Part shown: one piece after another, positions 25,319 through 37,240 of the stretch | How the letters are laid out: each line of letters begins with the position of its first letter | Position numbering within the stretch: the stretch's first letter is position 1 | NCBI RefSeq assembly: GCF_963921235.1 | Contig: NC_086097.1 | Span: 186,064,001 to 186,128,000, forward strand | Source of the DNA: Mobula hypostoma | Lineage: Eukaryota | Reading direction: 5' to 3' | Length of the DNA stretch: 64,000 nucleotides | Position numbers and translations under genes: made by a program | Notes under the pieces: generated by a model | The model's input: the letters and a program-made list of their open reading frames with translations, nothing else | What the model was told of the DNA's origin: nothing | Databases searched by the model: none

Positions 25319-27952
25319 CTGTATAGTAGGCAATGGAATTCTAGTTTCAAGATGGGATTTACAGTCACTGAATAATTAAAATGTTAGCAGTTTTGTATAA
25401 ACATTCTGTTGGGAACATGGGTTAATTACGAGAATATACCAGGAGAGACACTGAAGTGTGTACACTCACTGCAAGTACAACAGAATGATGGGGCACTGTT
25501 TGTGTATGAATGAATGCACATGTGTAAGGACTGTGTTTACCAACTGCTTTCCATCACAGTACCACTACCACACTCCTCTCCTGCAGCAACAATGCTCAGC
25601 AGCTGAGACAGGTATTCTGCAATAGCATTTCCCTTCCCTGCTCGCGGTGGATACAGACTTTGAAGAGTTGGAGCTCCAGGTATCATTGTGTCACTCTGGT
25701 ATTATGGTCCTTCATTGTCTGAATGCATGTCAATGCTCTGTGGTCTGTGTAAAGGTTAAACTCCCTGCCAAGGAGCAGGACTGGAGCCTGTTAAGGGCCC
25801 ACTTAATGGCCAGACACTGTTTTTCAATGATGGAATACCTGGTTTCCCTTGGGAGAGGTTTTCAGCTCAGATAAAGGACAGTTTGATCTTCTCCAGATTC
25901 TCCTTGGGCCAGTAATGCCTACTCTTGAGGCATCCGCATGGAAAAGGAACCGTTTGCCAAAGTCTGGACTCTGAAGTTCAGGTGAAGAACACAGGAGAGT
26001 TTTAAGGGCTTGAAAAGCATTCTCACACTCACTTGTCCATGTCACTGTGTTGTTTACAAGCTTCCCAGTAAGATTAGTCAGAGGTGTGGCCAGAGTGGCA
26101 AATTATAGGATTGGGGATACCATCCAACCAGCCCCAAGAAGGAAGTCACTTCCTTTTTGGTGTGAGATCGAAAAATGTTGTGGATTACTTCCACTTTGTC
26201 CACCTGTGCTCGAACCTCTCTATGTCCCAGCTGCAACCAAGCTTTCTGGTTTCCCTTTTTGCCCTCTCACATTTTGGTAGATCGAGGCAGCATGAATATT
26301 CCTCGGGACCTTGTGCAGATTGTCTAGGTGGTCTGACCACGTCTGGCTGTAGAGAACCACATCACCTAGTAGGCTGCATTGCAGACATTATAGCCTTGGG
26401 GCACCTGGTCCATCAGCCACTGGAAGGTTCATGGTGCACCATGAAGACCAGAGGGCATCACAGTGAACTGGAACAGACCAGAGATGTACTATGCGGAAGG
26501 CAGTGAGGGGTTTTGATTGGTCATCCGGGGAACCTGCCAGTAGCCTTTACAAAGGTCCAGTGTAGTAATGTAATTTGCCCATCCAATCCTTTCTAGTAGG
26601 TCGTCAATATGGGGCATAGGATAAGCATCAAAATGAGAAATGGCTTACAACTTCTGGAAATCAATGCATATCCTCAGGGTGCAATCCTTCTTGGGGACAA
26701 TAACGATGGGACTACCCCACTCACTATTTGAAGGCTCGGTGACCCCCAGCTCCAGCACTGGTACAAATCTTCTCCTTCAGGGTCCCAACAAGTCGACCTG
26801 GCTTTCTGTAACAGTGTCGGCATACTGAGACCTGGTCAGGTTTGATCCTGACGGGACATTTTAGGACCTTTGTCAGTCCTGGTCTCTGTTGAAACAGCTG
26901 TGGAAAGTCAGCAAACGCTATCTGCACTGGTTGGCAGCCATCGAGATGGGAGAGGTGAACCTTCCCAGCCCCCCTCCAGGCCTCCACAATGCCTTCCGAG
27001 TCATGCTGTTCTGGAATCTGGTGGACAAGGAGAGATGTGCTGTTGGCAGAATCCCTTCTCTCCTTCTAGGTCTTTAAGAAATGTATGTGATAGGTCTAAT
27101 GCCCATTCCCTTTCTCGGGGTGCAGGACCTCAGGAACTGTGGGGCTCACCCTTCTCACTACTGTAAATGGGCCTTGCTAGGGAATAATGGTAGGAGTATC
27201 AGGACCCTCTGCCTCCTTTCACATCCTTGCTAGCAGACTTGCTGGTCATACTGTGTCTTCAGGGTGTCCTGGAGGTTTAAACGGCCTCCTCTTGGTACTG
27301 CTCCAGATGGTTTCTCATTTGTAGGATGTAATGAATGACTTCCTGCCCTTCAGAAGCACCATCTGGCTCCTCCGAGCACTACTTCAGCAAGTTCAGGAGT
27401 CTCTGTATTGGACAGTCATACAAGAGTTCCAAGTGTGAGAACACCATAAAACCATAAGACATAGGAGTAGAATTAGGCCATCTGGTCCATTGAGTCTCAT
27501 CTGCCAATCAATCATGGCTGATCCTTTTTTACTATCTCCTCCTCATCCCCAGGTCCTGGCCTTCTCCCCGTAACCTTTGATGCCATCTCCAATCAAGAAC
27601 CTATCAATCTCTGCCTTAAATCCAGCCAACGACCTGGCTTCCACAGCTGCCCGAATTCACCACTGCATCTCTGTTTTGAAAGGACGCCCCTCTATCCTGA
27701 GACTATGCCATCTTGTCCTAGACTCTCCGACCATGGGAAACATCCTCTCCACATGTACTCTGTCTCGGCCTTTCAACATTTGAAAGGTTTTAATGAGATA
27801 CCCCCTTATCCGGAATTCCAGCAAGTACAGACCCAGAGCCATCAAATGTTCCTCGTTAGATAATCTTTTCATACCTGGAATCATTCTTGTGAACCTCCTC
27901 TCAACCTCCTCCAATGCCAACACATCTCTTCTAAGATGAGGGGCCCAAAGTA

Positions 27953-28564
27953 CGAGGGGTGATTGATAAGTTCGTATCCTAAGGTCGAAGGAGTCAATTT
28001 TAGAAAACCTAGCACATGTAAGTCCACTCCTACATGTACACATTTAGTCCAGCAGTCGTGGAGCATACGGATCCCTTCTTTGTAGAAGCGGTCCACAGCA
28101 AGGGTGATTGATAAGTTTATGGCCTAAGGTAGAAGGAGATGAGTCATTAACTCCAAACTTTCTGCATTGTCACTCAAAGAGTTGAACTGCACGTACATGT
28201 AACGAGAGTGTCTTGGACCTCCAGGTGGTCCACAGCAGGGGTGATTGATAAGTTCGTGGCCTAAGGTAGGAGGACATGAGTTAGACAGCTCTCATTTCAT
28301 GTACGTGCAGTTCAACTCTTTCAGAGAAAATGCAGAAACTTTGAAGTTAAGAACTCATCTTCTTCTACATTAGGCCACGAACTTATCAATCACCCTTGCT
28401 GTGGACCACTTCTGGAGGTCCAAGATGGTGACTTCTACAAAAAAGGGATCTGTATGCTTCACGACTGCTGAACTAAGTGTGTAAATGCAGGAAAAATAAA
28501 TGTGCTAGGTTTTCTAAAATTGACTCCTTCTACCTTAGGCCATGAACTTATCAATCACCCCTCA
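27953..28564. mobile_element. Mariner-derived palindromic MITE, 612 bp
   Basis: TA at 27951-27952 and 28565-28566. 64-bp terminal inverted repeats (TIRs) CGAGGGGTGATTGATAAGTTC...AAAACCTAGCACA. Both arms encode a mariner transposase C-terminus-like peptide (FYKEGIRMLHDCWTKCV). Confidence 0.9.
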
Positions 28565-30329
28565 TATATTTAAGTATATAAAGGGTAAAAGAGAGTTGAG
28601 GGTAGAAATAGGACCAATAGAAAATGATGCTGGAGATATTGTAATGAGAGATGCAGAGATGGAAGAGGAATTGAACTCATATTTTGCATCAGTCTTCACA
28701 GTGGAAAGCATCTATACTATACAGGACATTCAAGAGTGTCAGGGAAGTGAAGTATGAATAGTGAAAATTACGACTGAGAAGGTAGTCAGGAAGTTTAATG
28801 GTCTGAGGGTGGACCTGATAGGTTGCACCCTCAGGTTCTGAAGGAAGTAGCTGGAGAGATTGTGGAAGCATTAACAATGATCTTTCAAAAATTTTTAGGT
28901 TCTTGCATTGTACCGGATCACTGGAAAATTGCAAATGTTACTCCGCTATTTAAGAAGGGTGGGAGGCAGCAGAAAGGAAACTATAGACCTGTTACTCTGA
29001 TATCAGTGGTTGGGAAGTTGTTGGAATCGATTGTTAGGGATGAGATTATGGAATACCTGGAGGCACATGATAAGATAGGCCAAAGCCACCAAGGTTTCCT
29101 GAAAGGAAAATCCTGCCTGACTAATCTATTGGAATTTTTTGAGGAAATTGCAAGCAGGGTAGGTGAAGGAGATGTGGTGTACTTGGATTTTCAGAAGGTC
29201 TTTGACAAGGTGCTGCACAAGAGGCTGCTTAGCAAGATAAGAGCCCATGGAATTACAGGGGAGTTACTAGCATGGGTAGAGCATTGGCTGATCGGCAGAA
29301 AACAGGGAGTGGGAATAAAGGGATACTATTCTGGCGGCTGCTGGTTACCAGTGGAGTTCCACAGGGGTTGATGTTTGGACCGCTGCTTTTTATGATGTAC
29401 AGGATTAATGGATTTGTGGCTAAATTTGCTGATGATACAAAGATAGGTGGAGGAGTGGGTAGTGTTGAGGAAACAGAAAGCCTGCAAAGAGTCTTAGATA
29501 GTTTAAGGGAATGGGCAAAGAAGTGGCAAATGAAATACAATGTTGGAAAGTGTATGGCCATGCGCTTTGGTGGAAGAAATAAACAGGCAGACTATTATTT
29601 AGATGGGGAAAGAATTCAAAAGGCAGAGATACAAAGGGACTTGGGAGTCCTTGTGTAAGATACCCTAAAGGTTAACCTCCAGGTTGAGTTGGTGGTGAAG
29701 AAGGTGAATGCAATTTTGGCATTCATTTCTAGCGGTATAGAATATAAGAGCAGGGATGTGATGTTGAGACTATATAAGGCACTCGTGAGACCTCACTTGG
29801 AGTATTGTGTGCAGTTTTGGGCTCCTTATTTTAGAAAGGATATACTGACGTTGGAGAGGGTTCAGAGAAGATTCATGGGAATGATTCCAGGAATGAAAGG
29901 GTCACCATATGAGGAATGTCTGGGCTATATTCCCGGGAGTTCAGGAGAATGAGGGCGGATCTCTTAGAAACATTCCAAATGTTAAAAGGCCTGAACAGAT
30001 TTGATATGGCAAAGTCATTTCCCATAGTAGGGGAGTCTAGGACAAGAAGGTATTACTTTAGAACAGAGATGTGGAGAAATTGCTTTAGTCAGAGGGTGGT
30101 AAATCTGTGGAATTTGTTGCCACGAGCAGCTGTGGTGGCCAAGTCATTGGGTTTGTTTAAGGCAGAGATAGATAGTTTCTTGATTAGCCAGGGCGTCAAA
30201 GGGTATGGGGTGAAAGCAGGGGAGTGGGGATGACTGGAAGAATTGCATCAGCCCATGATTGAATGGCGGAGAAGACTTGATGGGCCGAATGGCCTACTTC
30301 TGCTCCTATATCTTATGGTCTTATGGTCT
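28565..30329 (+). mobile_element. CR1 LINE, 5'-truncated, nested antisense in the CR1 at 27445-33323
   Basis: ORFs 28823-29371, 29272-29658 (KFADDTK) and 29689-30233. (TCTTATGG)n tail at about 30310-30329. Confidence 0.92.
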
Positions 30330-31384
30330 AAGACTGTTCACAATACTCAAGGTGAGGCCTCACCTGTGCCTTATAAACCTTCAGCATCACATTCTTGCTC
30401 TTGTATTTTAGACCTCTTGAAATGAATGCTAACATTGCATTTATTTTCCTTATCACTGACTTAACCTGCAAATTAACCTTCAGGGTGCTCTGCACAAGGA
30501 CTCCCAAATCCCTCTGCATCTCAGATTCCTGGATTTTCTCCCCATTTAGAAATAGTCCGCACATTTATTTCTACTCCCAAAGTGCACGACCATGCATTTC
30601 CAACATTGTATTTCATTTGCCACTTTCTTGCCCATTCTCCGAATCTGTTGAAGTTCTTCTGCATCCTACCTGTTTCTTCAACACTACCTGCTCCTCTACT
30701 GATCTTTGTATCATCTGGAAATTTGGGAACAAAACCATCTATTCCATCGTCTAAATCGTTTATATACAGTGTAAAAAGAAGTAGTCCCAACACCGACTCC
30801 TGCGGAAGGCCACTAGTCACTGGCAGCCAACCAGAAAAGGATCCTTTTATTCTCACTCACTGTCTCCTACCAGTCAGCAATTGTCTAACTATTTTAGTAA
30901 CTTCCGGGTAATACCATGGGGTCTTAACTTGGTAAGCAGCCTCATGTGTGGCACCTTGTCAAAGGCCTTCTGAAAGTCCAAATATACAACATGCACTGCA
31001 TCCCCTTTATCTATCCTACTTGTAATCTCCTCAAAGAATTCCAACAGGTTAGTAAAGCAGGATTTTCCCTGGAGGAAACCATTCTTACTTTGTACTATTT
31101 TGTCCAGTGTCACCACATACTCCATCACCTCATCCTTAACAATTGACTCTAACATCTTCCCAACCACTGAGGTCAGGCTCACTGGTCTACAATTTCCTTT
31201 CTGCTGCCTTCCTCCTTTCTTAAAGAGTGGAGTAACATTTGCAATTCTCCAGTCCTCTGGCACCATGCCAGAGTCCAATGATTTTTGAAAGATCATTTCT
31301 AATGCCACCACAATCTCTAATGCTACCTCTTTCAGAACTGCAGGGTGCAGTTCCTTTGGTCTAGGTGACTTATGTATTATTGGG

Positions 31385-33091
31385 CCTTCACTGAGGAAGA
31401 CATCAGCAGTATACCGGACACTCAAGGGTGACAGGGAAGAGAAGTGTGCGCAGTCACAATTACGACAGAGAAAGTACTCAGGAAGCTGAATAGGCTAAAG
31501 GTAGATAAATCTCCTGGATCAGATGGAATGCACCCTCGTGTTCTGAAGGAAGTAGCTGTGGAGATTGCGGAGGCATTAGCGATGATCTTTCAAAAGTCGA
31601 TAGATTCTGGCATGGTTCCGGAAGACTGGAAGATTGCAAATGTCACTCCGCTATTTAAGAAGGGGGCAAGGAAGCAGAAAGGAAATTATAGACCTGTTAG
31701 CTTGACATCAGTGGTTGGGAAGTTGTTGGAGTCGATTGTCAAGGATGAGGTTACAGAGTACCTGGAGGCATATGACAAGATAGGCACAACTCAGCATGGA
31801 TTCCTTAAAGGAAAATCCTGCCTGACAAACCTATTACAATTTTTTGAGGAAATTACCAGTAGGCTAGACAAGGGAGATGCAGTGGATGTTGTATATTTGG
31901 ATTTTCAGAAGGCCTTTGACAAGGTGCCACGCATGAGGCTACTTAACAAGATAAGAGCCCATGGAATTACGGGAAAGTTACATACGTGGATAGAGCGTTG
32001 TCTGATTGGCAGGAAACAGAGAGTGGGAATAAAGGGATCCTATTCTGGTTGACTGCTGGTTACCAGTGGTGTTCCACAGGGATTAGTGCTGGGGCCGCTT
32101 ATTTTTACACTGTACATCAACGATTTGGATTATGGAATAGATGGCTTTGTGGCTAAGTTTGCTGACGATACGAAGATAGGTGGAAGGGCTGGTAGTGCTG
32201 AGGAAACGGAGAGTCTACAGAGAGACTTGGGTAGATTGGAAGAATGGGTAGAGAAGTGGCAAATGAAGTACAATGTTGGAAAGTGTATAGTTATGCACTT
32301 TGGCAGAAAAAATAAATGGGCAGACTATTATTTAAATGGGGAAAGAACTCAAAGTTCTGAGATGCAACAGGACTTGGGAGTCCTTGTACAGGATACCCTT
32401 AAAGTTAACCTCCGTGTTGAGTCAGTAGTGAAGAAGGCGAATGCAATGTTGGCATTCATTTCTAGAGGAATAGAGTATAGGAGCAGGGATGTGATGTTGA
32501 GGCTGTATAAGGCGCTGGTGAGACCTCACTTGGAATACTGTGGGCAGTTTTGGTCTCCTAATTAAAGAAAGGATGTGCTGACGTTGGAGAGAGTACAGAG
32601 AAGATTCACTAGAATGATTCCGGGAATGAGAGGGTTAACATATGAGGAACGTTTGTCCGCTCTTGGACTGCATTCCTTGGAGTTTAGAAGAATGAGGGGA
32701 GACCTCATAGAAACATTTCAAATGTTAAAAGGCATGGACAGAGTGGATGTGGCAAAGTTGTTTCCCATGATGGGGGAGTCTAGTACGAGAGGGCAAGACT
32801 TAAGGATTAAAGGGCGCCCTTTCAGAACAGAAATGTGAAGAAATTTTTTTAGTCAGAGGGTGGTGAATCTATGGAATTTGTTGCCATGGGCAGCAGTGGA
32901 GGCCAAGTCATTGGGTGTATTTAAGGCAGAGATTGATAGGTATCTGAGTAGCCAGGGCATCAAAGGTTATGGTGAGAAGGCAGGGGAGTAGGACTAAATA
33001 GGAGAATGGATCAGCTCATGATAAAATGGTGGAGCAGACTCGATGGGCCGAATGGCCTACTTCTGCTCCTTTGTCTTATGGTCTTATGGTC
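31385..33091 (+). mobile_element. Young CR1 LINE, 5'-truncated, nested antisense in the CR1 at 27445-33323
   Basis: ORFs 31444-32052, 32086-32565 (KFADDTK) and 32575-32838 are in one frame separated only by point stops. (TCTTATGG)n tail. Confidence 0.93.
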
Positions 33092-34758
33092 TTTCAGCTT
33101 TTTGAGCACTTTCTCTCTTGTAGCAGTAACTGCACCCACTTCTCTTCCTGCACACACTACAACATCAGGCATACTGCTAGTATCTTCCACAGTGAAGAAT
33201 GATGCAAAATACTCATTTAGTTCATCAGCCATCTCCTTGTCCACTGTTATTATTCTTCTGCCTCATTTTCTAGTGGTCCTTTATCCACTCTCATTTCTTT
33301 CTTATTTTTAACAGACTTGGAAAAACACAGTGGATGCTTGAGGAACTTCCCTTTGTGCAAAAAGAAGAAATGGTAGCCTCTTGTCCCAATCTTTCCCATG
33401 TCAGATACAAATTTCCTCTGCAGATACTTCAATGTTTGATTGCACCTCTCGACCAAGTTGTCTGTCTCTGGGTGATATAAAATGGTTTTCAAGGATGTGA
33501 TCCCCAGCTCCTTGTGCAGCTGAAGCCATGAGATGAAGTTTGTTCCTTGGTTGGTAAGGATCTTCTCAGGAATATCCAAATGAGAAAAGAGCTGAACAAG
33601 GGCACTAATTAACTTTAATGTGGTAGCGGAGCATAGAAGGAATGCATTGGGAAACTGGGTATCATAGTCACACATGATTAGTATGTATTGGTATCTTGAG
33701 CTGTTCTTCTCCAAAGGTCCAACGATGTCCAGTGCAGTGTGCCCGAATGGTGTGGTACTTGTTGGCATTGACTGCAATGGTGTGCTCAGTCAGATTTATG
33801 GAGAGCACTGCTTTTTTTGGCACTCTGTACATGTGTTGCGATATGTTTGCACTTCAGTGTACATGGTAGGCCAGAAAAATTTAGTACCTAATCTTCAGTA
33901 AGTTTTGTGTTGCCCAAGGTACCCTGCCCATGGTATTCTGTGTGCCAGATGGAGTACCAATGGCCTGCAACTACTTGGCACCACCAACCTTCGACTGTTC
34001 AAATCTCTACCCAGGTACAGACTTTGGTTGCGAATGCTGAAAACTGAGCCCCCTGAGTATGCAGTGTGGTTATCCCCAGATAAAACTTTTTCATACAGAG
34101 CTTTCAAAGAAGGATCCGACCTTTGAAGTGTGATAACCACCTGTGGCACATCCCATTTGACAGTCCCTCAATATTATCATCAATGGGTACATCACCTGTA
34201 CAAATATCAACAGAGGCATGAGAACCACCATATTTCTCAAGGTGCCATTGTCGATGTGACTTTCTAAGCCTTTGATTTCTTTTCCCTCACACAGACTAAC
34301 ATCTAAGTCAGGCCGAGCTTGTAATCCGGCCATTGCTTTTCTTTTAGCATGAATCTTGACAAAATAGGAAATAGCATTATCTACTCTTGGATTAACAGAT
34401 GGATATGACTGGCCGTTTCCCTTCCTCAACTGATCTTTTCTCCAGGACTCCGACTTTCATCACATACTTGTGGTTGTCCAGCTTAATAGTGAGTTCTGTC
34501 AATGGTTCAGACTTCCAGTCACCATGGACACATTGGACAGGTGTTTGGTGACTCGTCAACACCAAAAGCAGAGGCGTAATTTTTCTTAATTAATGGCAGT
34601 GAGCTACCAGAATCAAAAGGAGCTTCAACAGTTTTTCTATCAACTTTGACTAATATAAACAGAGACTCTTTCTTCTCACATTCTGCTTGCTTTCCATTAC
34701 CATACTCACCATCATTACAGTCATTATCACCATCATCACATTCTCCCTCTCTTGGTAT

Positions 34759-35619
34759 TGTTACGAGAATACACATAAAATTAAGATGTTTGCTGGCCTG
34801 GGCTAGCATCAGTGGCATCAGCAGTTGGTCTGCCACCTGCCCTCAGGGGAAGGAGAGATAAGGAACAATGGAGCAGCGTCTGGAGATGTGTAATGAAGGG
34901 ATGTGGGAGAGAGAGAGCTGTCTGGAGCGGCTCCCCCCTTTGAACCCTGAACTGTTTGAAGTGATGGACAGGCGATACCCCAGCAGGGGGATAAAAAGGG
35001 ACAGGTTCGCTAAGACAGACACACACGCCACCCGAGGTAACGAGACCCTGGAAGCGGTGCGCTTCTCACGAGTGGGTGAGAAGTATCAGACAACGACAAG
35101 GGTGGAAAGGTACGATCAGCGGGAACCCGGTGTGTGTCCGCCCTTGCCTGGGTGCCGGGTTCACTGCAGAGGATCGACCGCATCTGGAGGAGGGGTCACA
35201 GTCGGTGACCTCAGGTGACATCACCAAGGACCCGCCCAAATGCTGTTTGTGAGCCATCCCGCTGGTCTGTGAGTGAAGCCGTTCTGAATGATCAGTTGTT
35301 CCTATTCTATGTCTCTCTTCCCCCACCTTGTCCATCGCCATGGCAACGATTACTGCGAACTGAACTACTAACTGGACTGAACTTTGAGACATTTTGAAAT
35401 TGGTCATTTACCCCTAGACAACGATAGAGCTTGATTGATGCTGTTATCTTAATTCTGTGCACATGTGTGGTTATCATTGTTGAATTGTTGCATTTATTAT
35501 CCTTTCGATTACTGTGTTGCTTGTTTCTTTAATAAAACTTTCTTAGTTCTAGTACTCCAGACTCCAACTGAGTGATCCATTTCTGCTGGTTTGGCAACCC
35601 AGTTACGGGGTACGTAACA
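34759..35619 (+). mobile_element. Solo LTR (family A), 861 bp, inside the Gmr1-like gag-protease region
   Basis: 7-bp inverted termini TGTTACG...CGTAACA. 4-bp TSD GTAT at 34755-34758 and 35620-35623. TATA-like ATAAAA at 34991 and AATAAA at 35531. CpG-rich. Confidence 0.92.
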
Positions 35620-36627
35620 GTATGTAGTGCATACCTGACAATTTGGACTTCTTCGGAGGATGCACAGAGGGTTTATGTCTTGGCTGCTCACAATGGTAGC
35701 AAGCAAAAGTCTTAGAAGAAACTACCAAAGGTTCTTTGCCCTCTTTTCTCCTACTCCCTAATTTCCCTGGGAGTCCTTGGAGGGTTAGAGTCTCTGTTGC
35801 TTCAGAATGATAGTAGTGATGGCACCCCTTTGTGGGCATTGAGGTACTGCAGGGCAGTCAGGCCACGGTGAGTCCATCCTTGAACCCATGTTCCGGTGTC
35901 TGAAGGAAGAACCCGCAGCAGCTGCTCCAGAACAATGGCCTCACCAATCTCCTTGGACTTCTACTCTGGTCGAAACCATTGGTGGTAGAGACCTCTCAGG
36001 CAATGGTATGTATCAGAGGTTGACTCCCCTTGTTGTAGAGTACTGAAACGGAAGCATTGGCAATAGGATTCTGCTGAGATATCAAATTTACCAAATAGAA
36101 CCTCTTTCAGGTCAGATAGTTATTGGACATCTCTTCATCAGTTGGAGTGTAGGCTTGAGGAGCTTCACCTGTCAGTCGAGGCAGTAACTGGCAGACCGAC
36201 TCCTCCTCTGACCATTGCCATATCCAGGCCATCCCTTTGAACCCAAGGATATTGTTCCCAATAATGTCACTTTGCTGATAAGAAGGTAACTTGGAACCTT
36301 TCCTCAGAAGGGTAGGAGGGTTGAAGGGCTGGTCAGATGGGAAGACAGGTGACTCAGGCTGGGTGATGGCCTCAACAGACCTCCACAGGCTTTGTTGATC
36401 CTTTTTCTCCTGTGCTAGGCAGACAAAACGTCTCTGAACAGATTTTCCAGGGAGGGTTTGGAGGTGGGGCCCTTCTGCTTCTGGCTTGAGATTGGCCCTG
36501 AGATGAAGTTCCTCTGAGGTCTCCACTGTTTCCCAGGCATCTGCTTCATTTTTAGCCTCAGGAGGTTTCCTGACTTGGGACTGTAATCACACTCTCCCTG
36601 AGTGAACGTATCACCTTGTGACTGGCC

Positions 36628-36645
36628 ATCCCACCGCTGCCACCA
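36628..36645 (-). promoter_or_regulatory. Primer-binding site complementary to the 3' end of tRNA-Leu
   Basis: Plus-strand ATCCCACCGCTGCCACCA equals the 3' 18 nt, including CCA, of vertebrate tRNA-Leu(AAG) as I recall it. It lies 2 nt from the CA end of the 5' LTR. Confidence 0.85.
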
Positions 36646-37099
36646 TATGTTAGATAGGTGGGCTGGTAATGATATACCAGGGAAGACAGAGAAGTGTGTA
36701 CACGCACGGCAATGACAGCAGAATGAAAAGGCAATGTTTGTGTGTGAGTGAGTGGCGTGTCTATGGAGCGCTCTCTTACAATCTTACAATTTTGGTAGAC
36801 TAGTATATATGGGATCATTATTGATACTAAATTCTGTTTGTTTTGCATATCAATAAATTTATGTACCAGCTGTATCAGTTATTTTGATAGGTTGTGCAGC
36901 AACTGCAATGTTCAATAATCATGTAATATTATATTCCAGCCTTGTCTGATGCCCTATGGCCGTGGGAGCTCTTCGTCTCTTCGCATGTCTGTTGTATCAT
37001 AAACAGGCATATGAAACAAAACCAACTCGGCCACCTACTTTCTTTCTGCTCATTTTTTCTGTTTCATTCTCTGTTTTCTCCATATCACCTCTACCCCTT

Positions 37100-37240
37100 T
37101 GAAGTTCTAATGAAGGGTCTCGGCTTGAAATGTCAGCTATTTATTCCTTTCCACAGGTTGCCTGACCTACTGTTTTCCTCCAGCATTTTGTGTGTGTTTT
37201 ACTCTAGATCTCAAGCATCTGCAGAGCGTCTGGCGTTTAC
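37100..37240 (+). mobile_element. Penelope-like pseudo-LTR remnant with a degenerate hammerhead motif
   Basis: CTAATGA-AGGGTCTCGGCTT-GAAA-TGTC followed by TGCCTGACCTACTGTTTTCCTCCAGCATTTTGTGTGTG. Confidence 0.7.

Larger units (their letters stand above)
27445..33323 (-). mobile_element. CR1 LINE inserted in the Gmr1-like integrase (segments 27445-27950, 30330-31380, 33092-33323)
   Basis: 3' tail CATAAAACCATAAGAC at 27445. RT ORFs at 30521-30856 and 30889-31425. Flanked by AACAC at 27440-27444 and 33324-33328. Removing it rejoins integrase as EVPQASTVFSHLELLY. Confidence 0.88.
25407..36780 (-). mobile_element. Decayed Gmr1-like Gypsy provirus, order gag-PR-IN-RT-RNaseH, with two short LTRs (about 36648-36780 and 25407-25572)
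   Basis: From high to low coordinate: gag (LLPRLTGEAPQAY, 36107-36526), zinc knuckle CYHCEQPRH, protease FDSGSS (34519-34836), integrase H-H region LAHRIPWAGYLG, rve core LDIVGPL...YHPETDNLVERCNQTLK (33250-33777), RT (hand-translated SPIVIVPKKD...[14 protein letters not shown] near 26590-26720), RNaseH (ECENAFQALK...HADAS, 25824-26045). The LTRs share ATATACCAGG...GAAGTGTGTACAC...CAGAATGA...TGTTTGTGT. PPT-like purine tract at 25573-25582. Confidence 0.9.

Noticed and set aside
27951..28566. Regularly recurring motif of about 30 bp as a CRISPR-like array, and non-colinear flanks as a MITE-mediated rearrangement
   Set aside because: The repeats occur in both orientations and are mariner TIR copies, with no cas genes and a eukaryotic context. 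The flanks are explained by the MITE sitting at the 5' junction of a nested CR1, with the host CR1 resuming at 30330.
36628..36645. tRNA-Leu gene fragment
   Set aside because: Only the 3' 18 nt including CCA are present, next to an LTR end, which is the signature of a primer-binding site.
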